DNA of 64,000 nt, taken from contig OZ024741.1 of NCBI GenBank assembly GCA_964016885.1, positions 25,048,001 to 25,112,000 on the forward strand, read 5' to 3'. This DNA is from Eledone cirrhosa. Lineage: Eukaryota. The position numbers were made by a program, and so were the translations under genes. Under the pieces are notes generated by a model. That model worked only from the letters and a program-made list of their open reading frames with translations. It did no database searches and was not told the DNA's origin. Below, piece by piece: positions 30,650 to 44,100 of the stretch (the first letter of the stretch is position 1; each line of letters starts with the position of its first letter).

Positions 30650-33600
30650 TATTAGAAATATGATAATGAAAGGGTTAAACAACATAGATAGTGTCTTTCA
30701 TTAGAAATATGGTAATGAAAGGGTTAAACAACATAGGCAATGTCTTCTATTAGAAATATGATAATGAAAGGGTTAAACAACATAGACAGTTTCGTTTATT
30801 AGAAATATGGTAATGAAAGGTTTAAACAACATAGACAGTGTCTTTTATTAGAAATATGGTAATGAAAGGGTTAAACAACATAGAAAGTGTCTTTTATTAG
30901 AAATATGGTAATGAAAGGGTTAAACAACATAGATAGTGTGTTTTATTAGAAATATGGTAATGAAAGGGTTAAACAACATAGACAGTGTCTTTTATTAGAA
31001 ATATGGTAATGAAAGGGTTAAAGAACATAGACAGTGTCTTTTATTAGAAATATGGTAATGAAAGGGTTAAACAACATAGACAGTGTCTTTTATTAGAAAT
31101 ATGGTAATGAAAGGGTTAAACAACAGAGACAGTGTCTTTTATTAGAAATATGGTAATGAAAGGATTAAACAACATAGAGAGTGTCTTTTATTAGAAATAT
31201 GGTAATGAAAGGGTTAAACAACATAGACAGTGTCTTTTATTAGAAATATGGTAATGAAAGGGTTAAACAACTTAGACAGTGTCTTTTATTAGAAATATGG
31301 TAATGAAAGGGTTAAACAACATAGATAGTGTCTTTCATTAGAAATATGGTAATGAAAGGGTTAAACAACATAGGCAATGTCTTCTATTAGAAATATGATA
31401 ATGAAAGGGTTAAACAACATAGACTGTGTGTTTTATTAGAAATATGATAATGAAAGTGTTAAACAACATAGATAGTGTCTTTTATTAGAAATATGGTACT
31501 GAAAGGGTTAAACAACATAGATAGTGTCTTTTATTAGAAATATGGTAATGAAAGGGTTAAACAACATAGACAGTATCTTTTATTAGAAATGTGGTAATAA
31601 AAGGGTTAAACAACATAGACAGTGTCTTTTTTTAGAAATATGGTAATGAAAGGGTTAAACAACATAGACAGTGTCTTTTATTAGAAATGTGGTAATGAAA
31701 GGGTTTAACAACATATACAGTATCTTTTATTAGAAATGTGGTAATGAAAGGGTTAAACAACATAGACAGTGTCTTTTATTAGAAATATGTTAATGAAAGG
31801 GTTAAACAACATAGACAGTGTCTTTTATTAGAAATGTGGTAATGAAAGGGTTAAACAACATAGACAGTGTCTTTTATTACAAATATGGTAATGAAAGGGT
31901 TGAACAACATAGACAGTGTCTTTTATTAGAAATATGGTAATGAAAGGGTAAAACAACATAGACAGTGTCTTTTATTAGAAATATGGTAATGAAAGTGTTA
32001 AACAACATAGACAGTGTCTTTTATTAGAAATGTGGGAATGAAAGTTTTAAACAAAATAGACAGTGTCTTTTATTAGAAATGTGGTAATGAAAGGGTTAAA
32101 CAACATAGACAGTCTCTTACATTAGAAATATGGTAATGAAAGGGTTAAACAACATAGACAGTGTCTTTTATTAGAAATATGGTAATGCAAGCGTTAAACA
32201 ACATAGACAGTGTCTTCTATTAGAAATATGGTAATGAAAGGGTTAAACAACATAGACAGTGTCTTTTATTAGAAATATGGTAATGACAGGGTTTAACAAC
32301 ATATACAGTATCTTTTATTAGAAATGTGGTAATGAAAGGGTTAAACAACATAGACAGTGTCTTTTATTAGAAATATGTTAATGAAAGGGTTAAACAACAT
32401 AGACAGTGTCTCTTATTAGAAATATGATAATGAAAGGGTTAAACAACATAGATAGTGTCTTTCATTAGAAATATGGTAATGAAAGGGTTAAACAACATAG
32501 GCAATGTCTTCTATTAGAAATATGATAATGAAAGGGTTAAACAACATAGACAGTTTCGTTTATTAGAAATATGGTAATGAAAGGGTTAAACAACATAGAC
32601 AGTGTCTTTTATTAGAAATATGGTAATGAAAGGGTTTAACAACATAAACAGTATCTTTTATTAGAAATATGATAATGAAAGGGTTAAACAACATAGGCAG
32701 TGTCTTCTATTAGAAATATGATAATGAAAGGGTTAAGTAACATAGACAGTGTGTTTTATTAGAAATATGATAATGAAAGGGTTAAACAACATAGACAGTG
32801 TCTTTTATTAGAAATATGGTAATGAAAGTGTTAAACAACATAGACAGTGTCTTTTATTAGAAATGTGGTAATGAAAGTGTTAAACAAAATAGACAGTGTC
32901 TTTTATTAGAAATGTGGTAATGAAAGGGTTAAACAACATAGACAGTCTCTTACATTAGAAATATGGTAATGAAAGGGTTAAACAACATAGACAGTGTCTT
33001 CTATTAGAAATATGGTAATGCAAGCGTTAAACAACATAGACAGTGTCTTTTATTAGAAATATGGTAATGAAAGGGTTAAACAACATAGACAGTGTCTTTT
33101 ATTAGAAATATGGTAATGAAAGGGTTTAACAACATATACAGTATCTTTTATTAGAAATGTGGTAATGAAAGGGTTAAACAACATAGACAGTGTCTTTTAT
33201 TAGAAATATGTTAATGAAAGGGTTAAACAACATAGACAGTGTCTTTTATTAGAAATATGATAATGAAAGGGTTAAACAACATAGATAGTGTCTTTCATTA
33301 GAAATATGGTAATGAAAGGGTTAAACAACATAGGCAATGTCTTCTATTAGAAATATGATAATGAAAGGGTTAAACAACATAGACAGTTTCGTTTATTAGA
33401 AATATGGTAATGAAAGGTTTAAACAACATAGACAGTGTCTTTTATTAGAAATATGGTAATGAAAGGGTTAAACAACATAGAAAGTGTCTTTTATTAGAAA
33501 TATGGTAATGAAAGGGTTAAACAACATAGATAGTGTGTTTTATTAGAAATATGGTAATGAAAGGGTTAAACAACATAGACAGTGTCTTTTATTAGAAATA

Positions 33601-36600
33601 TGGTAATGAAAGGGTTAAAGAACATAGACAGTGTCTTTTATTAGAAATATGGTAATGAAAGGGTTAAACAACATAGACAGTGTCTTTTATTAGAAATATG
33701 GTAATGAAAGGGTTAAACAACAGAGACAGTGTCTTTTATTAGAAATATGGTAATGAAAGGATTAAACAACATAGAGAGTGTCTTTTATTAGAAATATGGT
33801 AATGAAAGGGTTAAACAACATAGACAGTGTCTTTTATTAGAAATATGGTAATGAAAGGGTTAAACAACATAGATAGTGTCTTTCATTAGAAATATGGTAA
33901 TGAAAGGGTTAAACAACATAGGCAATGTCTTCTATTAGAAATATGATAATGAAAGGGTTAAACAACATAGACAGTGTCTTTTATTAGAAGTAGGGTAATG
34001 AAAGGGTTAAACAACATAGTGTCTTCTATTAGAAATATGATAATGAAAGGGTTAAACAACATAGACAGTGTCTTTTATTAGAAATATGATAATGAAAGGG
34101 TTAAACACCATAGACAGTGTCTTTTATAGAAATATGGTAATGAAAGGGTTAAACAACATAGACAGTGTCTTTTATTAGATATATGGTAATGAAAGGGTTA
34201 AACAACATAGACTGTGTGTTTTATTAGAAATATGATAATGAAAGTGTTAAACAACATAGATAGTGTCTTTTATTAGAAATATGGTACTGAAAGGGTTAAA
34301 CAACATAGATAGTGTTTTTTATTAGAAATATGGTAATGAAAGGGTTAAACAACATAGACAGTATCTTTTATTAGAAATGTGGTAATAAAAGGGTTAAACA
34401 ACATAGACAGTGTCTTTTTTTAGAAATATGGTAATGAAAGGGTTAAACAACATAGACAGTGTCTTTTATTAGCAATATGGTAATGAAAGGGTTTAACAAC
34501 ATATACAGTATCTTTTATTAGAAATGTGGTAATGAAAGGGTTAAACAACATAGACAGTGTCTTTTATTAGAAATATGTTAATGAAAGGGTTAAACAACAT
34601 AGACAGTGTCTTTTATTAGAAATGTGGTAATGAAAGGGTTAAACAACATAGACAGTGTCTTTTATTACAAATATGGTAATGAAAGGGTTGAACAACATAG
34701 ACAGTGTCTTTTATTAGAAATATGGTAATGAAAGGGTAAAACAACATAGACAGTGTCTTTTATTAGAAATATGGTAATGAAAGTGTTAAACAACATAGAC
34801 AGTGTCTTTTATTAGAAATGTGGGAATGAAAGTGTTAAACAAAATAGACAGTGTCTTTTATTAGAAATGTGGTAATGAAAGGGTTAAACAACATAGACAG
34901 TCTCTTACATTAGAAATATGGTAATGAAAGGGTTAAACAACATAGACAGTGTCTTTTATTAGAAATATGGTAATGCAAGCGTTAAACAACATAGACAGTG
35001 TCTTCTATTAGAAATATGGTAATGAAAGGGTTAAACAACATAGACAGTGTCTTTTATTAGAAATATGATAATGAAAGGGTTAAACAACATAGATAGTGTC
35101 TTTCATTAGAAATATGGTAATGAAAGGGTTAAACAACATAGGCAATGTCTTCTATTAGAAATATGATAATGAAAGGGTTAAACAACATAGACAGTTTCGT
35201 TTATTAGAAATATGGTAATGAAAGGTTTAAACAACATAGACAGTGTCTTTTATTAGAAATATGGTAATGAAAGGGTTAAACAACATAGAAAGTGTCTTTT
35301 ATTAGAAATATGGTAATGAAAGGGTTAAACAACATAGATAGTGTGTTTTATTAGAAATATGGTAATGAAAGGGTTAAACAACATAGACAGTGTCTTTTAT
35401 TAGAAATATGGTAATGAAAGGGTTAAAGAACATAGACAGTGTCTTTTATTAGAAATATGGTAATGAAAGGGTTAAACAACATAGACAGTGTCTTTTATTA
35501 GAAATATGGTAATGAAAGGGTTAAACAACAGAGACAGTGTCTTTTATTAGAAATATGGTAATGAAAGGATTAAACAACATAGAGAGTGTCTTTTATTAGA
35601 AATATGGTAATGAAAGGGTTAAACAACATAGACAGTGTCTTTTATTAGAAATATGGTAATGAAAGGGTTAAACAACTTAGACAGTGTCTTTTATTAGAAA
35701 TATGGTAATGAAAGGGTTAAACAACATAGATAGTGTCTTTCATTAGAAATATGGTAATGAAAGGGTTAAACAACATAGGCAATGTCTTCTATTAGAAATA
35801 TGATAATGAAAGGGTTAAACAACATAGACTGTGTGTTTTATTAGAAATATGATAATGAAAGTGTTAAACAACATAGATAGTGTCTTTTATTAGAAATATG
35901 GTACTGAAAGGGTTAAACAACATAGATAGTGTCTTTTATTAGAAATATGGTAATGAAAGGGTTAAACAACATAGACAGTATCTTTTATTAGAAATGTGGT
36001 AATAAAAGGGTTAAACAACATAGACAGTGTCTTTTTTTAGAAATATGGTAATGAAAGGGTTAAACAACATAGACAGTGTCTTTTATTAGAAATGTGGTAA
36101 TGAAAGGGTTTAACAACATATACAGTATCTTTTATTAGAAATGTGGTAATGAAAGGGTTAAACAACATAGACAGTGTCTTTTATTAGAAATATGTTAATG
36201 AAAGGGTTAAACAACATAGACAGTGTCTTTTATTAGAAATGTGGTAATGAAAGGGTTAAACAACATAGACAGTGTCTTTTATTACAAATATGGTAATGAA
36301 AGGGTTGAACAACATAGACAGTGTCTTTTATTAGAAATATGGTAATGAAAGGGTAAAACAACATAGACAGTGTCTTTTATTAGAAATATGGTAATGAAAG
36401 TGTTAAACAACATAGACAGTGTCTTTTATTAGAAATGTGGGAATGAAAGTTTTAAACAAAATAGACAGTGTCTTTTATTAGAAATGTGGTAATGAAAGGG
36501 TTAAACAACATAGACAGTCTCTTACATTAGAAATATGGTAATGAAAGGGTTAAACAACATAGACAGTGTCTTTTATTAGAAATATGGTAATGCAAGCGTT

Positions 36601-39460
36601 AAACAACATAGACAGTGTCTTCTATTAGAAATATGGTAATGAAAGGGTTAAACAACATAGACAGTGTCTTTTATTAGAAATATGGTAATGACAGGGTTTA
36701 ACAACATATACAGTATCTTTTATTAGAAATGTGGTAATGAAAGGGTTAAACAACATAGACAGTGTCTTTTATTAGAAATATGTTAATGAAAGGGTTAAAC
36801 AACATAGACAGTGTCTCTTATTAGAAATATGATAATGAAAGGGTTAAACAACATAGATAGTGTCTTTCATTAGAAATATGGTAATGAAAGGGTTAAACAA
36901 CATAGGCAATGTCTTCTATTAGAAATATGATAATGAAAGGGTTAAACAACATAGACAGTTTCGTTTATTAGAAATATGGTAATGAAAGGGTTAAACAACA
37001 TAGACAGTGTCTTTTATTAGAAATATGGTAATGAAAGGGTTTAACAACATAAACAGTATCTTTTATTAGAAATATGATAATGAAAGGGTTAAACAACATA
37101 GGCAGTGTCTTCTATTAGAAATATGATAATGAAAGGGTTAAGTAACATAGACAGTGTGTTTTATTAGAAATATGATAATGAAAGGGTTAAACAACATAGA
37201 CAGTGTCTTTTATTAGAAATATGGTAATGAAAGTGTTAAACAACATAGACAGTGTCTTTTATTAGAAATGTGGTAATGAAAGTGTTAAACAAAATAGACA
37301 GTGTCTTTTATTAGAAATGTGGTAATGAAAGGGTTAAACAACATAGACAGTCTCTTACATTAGAAATATGGTAATGAAAGGGTTAAACAACATAGACAGT
37401 GTCTTCTATTAGAAATATGGTAATGCAAGCGTTAAACAACATAGACAGTGTCTTTTATTAGAAATATGGTAATGAAAGGGTTAAACAACATAGACAGTGT
37501 CTTTTATTAGAAATATGGTAATGAAAGGGTTTAACAACATATACAGTATCTTTTATTAGAAATGTGGTAATGAAAGGGTTAAACAACATAGACAGTGTCT
37601 TTTATTAGAAATATGTTAATGAAAGGGTTAAACAACATAGACAGTGTCTTTTATTAGAAATATGATAATGAAAGGGTTAAACAACATAGATAGTGTCTTT
37701 CATTAGAAATATGGTAATGAAAGGGTTAAACAACATAGGCAATGTCTTCTATTAGAAATATGATAATGAAAGGGTTAAACAACATAGACAGTTTCGTTTA
37801 TTAGAAATATGGTAATGAAAGGTTTAAACAACATAGACAGTGTCTTTTATTAGAAATATGGTAATGAAAGGGTTAAACAACATAGAAAGTGTCTTTTATT
37901 AGAAATATGGTAATGAAAGGGTTAAACAACATAGATAGTGTGTTTTATTAGAAATATGGTAATGAAAGGGTTAAACAACATAGACAGTGTCTTTTATTAG
38001 AAATATGGTAATGAAAGGGTTAAAGAACATAGACAGTGTCTTTTATTAGAAATATGGTAATGAAAGGGTTAAACAACATAGACAGTGTCTTTTATTAGAA
38101 ATATGGTAATGAAAGGGTTAAACAACAGAGACAGTGTCTTTTATTAGAAATATGGTAATGAAAGGATTAAACAACATAGAGAGTGTCTTTTATTAGAAAT
38201 ATGGTAATGAAAGGGTTAAACAACATAGACAGTGTCTTTTATTAGAAATATGGTAATGAAAGGGTTAAACAACATAGATAGTGTCTTTCATTAGAAATAT
38301 GGTAATGAAAGGGTTAAACAACATAGGCAATGTCTTCTATTAGAAATATGATAATGAAAGGGTTAAACAACATAGACAGTGTCTTTTATTAGAAGTAGGG
38401 TAATGAAAGGGTTAAACAACATAGTGTCTTCTATTAGAAATATGATAATGAAAGGGTTAAACAACATAGACAGTGTCTTTTATTAGAAATATGATAATGA
38501 AAGGGTTAAACACCATAGACAGTGTCTTTTATAGAAATATGGTAATGAAAGGGTTAAACAACATAGACAGTGTCTTTTATTAGATATATGGTAATGAAAG
38601 GGTTAAACAACATAGACTGTGTGTTTTATTAGAAATATGATAATGAAAGTGTTAAACAACATAGATAGTGTCTTTTATTAGAAATATGGTACTGAAAGGG
38701 TTAAACAACATAGATAGTGTTTTTTATTAGAAATATGGTAATGAAAGGGTTAAACAACATAGACAGTATCTTTTATTAGAAATGTGGTAATAAAAGGGTT
38801 AAACAACATAGACAGTGTCTTTTTTTAGAAATATGGTAATGAAAGGGTTAAACAACATAGACAGTGTCTTTTATTAGCAATATGGTAATGAAAGGGTTTA
38901 ACAACATATACAGTATCTTTTATTAGAAATGTGGTAATGAAAGGGTTAAACAACATAGACAGTGTCTTTTATTAGAAATATGTTAATGAAAGGGTTAAAC
39001 AACATAGACAGTGTCTTTTATTAGAAATGTGGTAATGAAAGGGTTAAACAACATAGACAGTGTCTTTTATTACAAATATGGTAATGAAAGGGTTGAACAA
39101 CATAGACAGTGTCTTTTATTAGAAATATGGTAATGAAAGGGTAAAACAACATAGACAGTGTCTTTTATTAGAAATATGGTAATGAAAGTGTTAAACAACA
39201 TAGACAGTGTCTTTTATTAGAAATGTGGGAATGAAAGTGTTAAACAAAATAGACAGTGTCTTTTATTAGAAATGTGGTAATGAAAGGGTTAAACAACATA
39301 GACAGTCTCTTACATTAGAAATATGGTAATGAAAGGGTTAAACAACATAGACAGTGTCTTTTATTAGAAATATGGTAATGCAAGCGTTAAACAACATAGA
39401 CAGTGTCTTCTATTAGAAATATGGTAATGAAAGGGTTAAACAACATAGACAGTGTCTTTT
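30650..39460. repeat. Higher-order tandem duplication in satellite, 4,405-bp unit (90 monomers)
   Basis: Rare variants recur at +4405: ATGACAGG 32287/36692, AGAAGTAGG 33990/38395, TAGCAAT 34473/38878. 4405 = 90x49-5 (one 45-bp and one 48-bp monomer). Ends are approximate. Confidence 0.88.
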
Positions 39461-40921
39461 ATTAGAAATATGGTAATGAAAGGGTTTAACAACATATACA
39501 GTATCTTTTATTAGAAATGTGGTAATGAAAGGGTTAAACAACATAGACAGTGTCTTTTATTAGAAATATGTTAATGAAAGGGTTAAACAACATAGACAGT
39601 GTCTCTTATTAGAAATATGATAATGAAAGGGTTAAACAACATAGATAGTGTCTTTCATTAGAAATATGGTAATGAAAGGGTTAAACAACATAGGCAATGT
39701 CTTCTATTAGAAATATGATAATGAAAGGGTTAAACAACATAGACAGTTTCGTTTATTAGAAATATGGTAATGAAAGGGTTAAACAACATAGACAGTGTCT
39801 TTTATTAGAAATATGGTAATGAAAGGGTTAAACAACATAGACAGTATCTTTTATTAGAAATATGGTAATGAAAGGGTTTAACAACATAGACAGTGTCTTT
39901 TATTAGAAATATGGTAATGAAAGGGTTTAACAACATAAACAGTATCTTTTATTAGAAATATGATAATGAAAGGGTTAAACAACATAGGCAGTGTCTTCTA
40001 TTAGAAATATGATAATGAAAGGGTTAAGTAACATAGACAGTGTGTTTTATTAGAAATATGATAATGAAAGGGTTAAACAACATAGACAGTGTCTTTTATT
40101 AGAAATATGGTAATGAAAGTGTTAAACAACATAGACAGTGTCTTTTATTAGAAATGTGGTAATGAAAGTGTTAAACAAAATAGACAGTGTCTTTTATTAG
40201 AAATGTGGTAATGAAAGGGTTAAACAACATAGACAGTGTCTTTTATTAGAAATATGGTAATGAAAGGGTTTAACAACATATACAGTATCTTTTATTAGAA
40301 ATGTGGTAATGAAAGGGTTAAACAACATAGACAGTCTCTTACATTAGAAATATGGTAATGAAAGGCTTAAACAACATAGACAGTGTCTTCTATTAGAAAT
40401 ATGGTAATGCAAGCGTTAAACAACATAGACAGTGTCTTTTATTAGAAATATGGTAATGAAAGGGTTAAACAACATAGACAGTGTCTTTTATTAGAAATAT
40501 GGTAATGAAAGGGTTTAACAACATATACAGTATCTTTTATTAGAAATGTGGTAATGAAAGGGTTAAACAACATAGACAGTGTCTTTTATTAGAAATATGT
40601 TAATGAAAGGGTTAAACAACATAGACAGTGTCTTTTATTAGAAATATGATAATGAAAGGGTTAAACAACATAGATAGTGTCTTTCATTAGAAATATGGTA
40701 ATGAAAGGGTTAAACAACATAGGCAATGTCTTCTATTAGAAATATGATAATGAAAGGGTTAAACAACATAGACAGTTTCGTTTATTAGAAATATGGTAAT
40801 GAAAGGGTTAAACAACATAGACAGTGTCTTTTATTAGAAATATGGTAATGAAAGGGTTAAACAACATAGAAAGTGTCTTTTATTAGAAATATGGTAATGA
40901 AAGGGTTAAACAACATAGATA

Positions 40922-41185
40922 TATTTCTTTTATTTGCCACTAGGGCATCAAAAGTGGGACAAGTACAAAGGGGGGAGTTTACACAAAAAGGCGTCCTCAA
41001 TAAGGAGGAGGCAATAACAAAATATAAAAATAAAATAAGATATAACAAAAAATAAAATTTTTAACAAAATCCTCAATAGAGAGGAGGCGCCTTGGGGGGT
41101 CGCACACACCCCCGAAAAAAGTGTGCAACCCTTCTCCTCAGGAGCACAGAGAAGGGGTGCTCCCTTGGTCTTTCATCTTCCTCAC
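40922..41185 (-). other. 3'UTR of LINE copy 1 (structured and U-rich; AATAAA at 40929-40934; no poly(A) tail)
   Basis: Lies between the ORF2 stop (41186) and the satellite junction. The sense strand ends ...GGCAAATAAAAGAAATA. The same sequence occurs in copy 2 (56765-57027) with a 1-bp deletion. Confidence 0.88.
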
Positions 41186-44100
41186 CTATAGTCTGATGTA
41201 GAGTGAAGGCCCATTCACACGGGCCATTCTCGCCACTTTCACCCATCTTTCATAGAAACGGCTGGGGTGCAGCACCTCTCTCTCCATCCTGATCCTTCTT
41301 CCGAAATGATATCGGAAGAAACGGACCAGTTGTTGGCCAGAGAGAAAGGTGCCCGACCTCAGTCCTTTCAGACGCGTCCACCATACAACCTCTTTCGCCA
41401 TGGCTATTACGCACAGAAACACCGCCTCTGCTTCATCTTTGAAGGGGGGAGGCGGCTTGATCATTACAATAGACTCGGTGGTCAACCGGATCGGTCCCAC
41501 CCTTGACAGCAGTTGTTCGACATAGCCCCACAGATCGGCTACGCCCGAGCAGTGTACTAATGCGTGTGCAACGGTTTCCTCGTCGCACACGCATCTGGGA
41601 CAGATCTTTTTGGCGGGGTCCCTACCCGGGCGCCCGTGTCTGTAGAGCCTTTCTCGAACGGGTAAAGCCCCTCGGTAGCACTGCCAGGCCAGGGACTTCT
41701 GGAAGTTGTCCATAGGTCCCGGGCTGAATGTCCTACCGAACAGGCTGGCCAGTTCGTCCTCCTCCATGTCTAGGGCTTCTCCGAGGGCGTCGTCGCACCT
41801 GCTGCGTACCAGCCCTCTATAGAATGTTGCGGTGGAGTCTCCACTGATAACCGGATCCGCCTGCCAGAGGGCGGTGAGCGCCTGGGCACACTCAGTGTGC
41901 CAGGCGCCCAGTTTTCTCGGTCTTTGCTTGACCCAGGATTGCAGCTCGGTGAGTGAGACGAGTCTGGGAAAGGTTCGTCTCACAAACGAGGCCCACACCG
42001 GTTGTCCGGTGAGGAATACGTAGAGGTGCCGTAGCCTTAATGCGTGTTTACGCATCATTAGCCACGGCATCCCCAGCCCTCCTTTCGAAGGGTGTTGACA
42101 GCAGATGGATCTCCTCACCATAGGAGCCCGCCTCTTCCAAAGGAATTGGAAGAGCGCGCGCTCCATCTTGGTGAGGGTTTCCCTTGGGCAGGGCACTACG
42201 GTCAGGCGGTAGTAGATGACGGACGCTATGTAGGTGTTCGCCACCTCCGCCCGGCCTTTCAGGGATAGTTTGCAACTGGCCCACTTCTGGGTCAGTGCAA
42301 ACACCCTGTTCGTAACCTCCGCCCAGTTTTTCTCCACCTGGAGGTCCGGTCCGAACCAGACCCCGAGCAACTTCACCGGGCCCTCCGTCCAGCGTCCGAC
42401 GACGCTATCGGAGGGCATCGGTCTGCCCCTTCACGTGCCGAGTTGCAAACCGATCGACTTGTCCCGGTTCAGCTTAGCCCCTGTGAACTTTTCGTACTCC
42501 TCCAGTAAGGTGCCGACCGCCTCGATTTCGGAGGCCGTCGACACCATTACTGTCATGTCATCGGCGTAGGCCGACACCGCTTTCCGCAATCCCGGTTCCA
42601 AAGGGATGCCCTGCAACAACTCCAACTTCCGCAGTAGTGGCTCGAGAGTCAACACATACAGAAGGGAGGAGAGAGGGCACCCTTGTCGGATGGACCGCGC
42701 GATTTTGAACGGCTCCGAGAGGTAGCCGTTCACCTTGACCCTAGAGCAGATGCGGCTGCTGTGCATAGCAGTGATCCAGCCCCTGAAAACGGGTCCGAAG
42801 CCTGCCGCCGCTAGCACCGCATCCAGGTAACCATGGTCGACCCTATCGAACGCCTTAGATTGATCCAAGTTGATCAGAGCCCCACCAAAGCCGGGTTCGT
42901 TCCCAACCCTCTCTATGATGTATCGCATGAGGTGGAGGTTGTCATGGATGGACCTGGACGGGATAGCGCATGTCTGCGCATCTCCCACCAGGTTGCCCAC
43001 GACAAGCGCCAACCTCTTTGCTAGCACCTTGGCCAAAATCTGTAACTCTGTATTTAGCAGTGTTATGGGCCTGAAGTTACTTATTTCGTCCCCCTTGTTC
43101 TCGTCCTTCCTCACTAGCGTGACTACGCCCTTGGTCACAGTACAGGGAATTCTCCCGTTCTGTTGCCAGTTGCAGTAGACCGCCTCGAGGAGATCGGGGA
43201 ACAAGTCCGGCATAGCTAGATATAATTCGTAAGGAAGACCATCGAGACCCGGGGATTTGCGTTTGCCGCATTGGCTCAGCACGTCCTCTATCTCAGCGGC
43301 CGAAATCGGCTCTTCGCAGGACTTCGCCTCCCTGTCCGAGAGGCGCGGCAGGCCGTCGAGGTATGGACCGAAGTCCACGTTCCCAACCGGCTCCCCGCCC
43401 CTCCCGAACAGTCGGGCAAAGTGCCTTTGAAAGGCCTCACACATCTGCTTAGGCTCAAGAATCGCCCGTCCATCCAGGTCTCGCAAAGACCGGATGGTGG
43501 ATTTAGTTCCACTGTTGGCCTCTGTCACGCGGGCCCAGCTAACAGCTTTGGTCCCCTCGTTCCCTAGAGCACGTATTTTACTTCGGACAACGCAGCCTTC
43601 GTGCTTCGCGTCGAAAAACTGGCTCAAAGCCGTTCTCGACGCTAGCACTCTGGCCACGTCGCCGCTTCTAATTGCCTCTTCTACTCTATCTATTAGCTCC
43701 CTTTCCTTCCTATTCCTATCCGCAGCTAGAACCTTACTAAATTCTATCGAGACTACTCTAATCTCTCTCTTTAGAGATACCCACCACCTGCTGTTGACGA
43801 TCGCTCCAGTCAACCGTTCCTTAACTAACGTACTAATCCGATTCCTGTAGGCTCTACTTGCCGGCAAGGACAAGTTGAGCTTCCAGTAACCGGGGCCCTG
43901 TCTATGAGTTCTGTCAAGGTTGACCATGCAGGTCACTAATTTGTGGTCTGAATAGCCAACAATGCGCATTTTTGGACAACTTAAAAAGTCCTTATCCTTA
44001 ATTCTAACTAAGAACCTATCTAGGTACGACCTAGATGATCCGCTACGATTTGCCCAAGTCCAGGTTGGCGCAGTCGGAAAATCTAGTCGATATCTATCGG

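Larger units (their letters stand above)
1..40921. repeat. 49-bp AT-rich satellite array, left block (about 835 monomers; continues beyond window start)
   Basis: Period read directly (ATATG at 1 and 50, etc.). Consensus ATATGGTAATGAAAGGGTTAAACAACATAGACAGTGTCTTTTATTAGAA with recurrent point variants and rare 48- and 45-bp monomers. No ORF in the track except junction artefacts. Confidence 0.99.

Noticed and set aside
1-40921. CRISPR-like array
   Set aside because: Monomers abut directly with no unique spacers, and there are no cas genes. This is a tandem satellite.
40857-41055. Short ORFs of 60-63 aa (also 56700..56951)
   Set aside because: Chance frames spanning the satellite/3'UTR junction. 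The 1-bp indel between copies changes them, and they have no recognisable motifs.
41186-42418. 410-aa ORF as a separate third gene
   Set aside because: Same frame as the upstream ORF2 and continuous in copy 2. It exists only because of the TGA at 42431.
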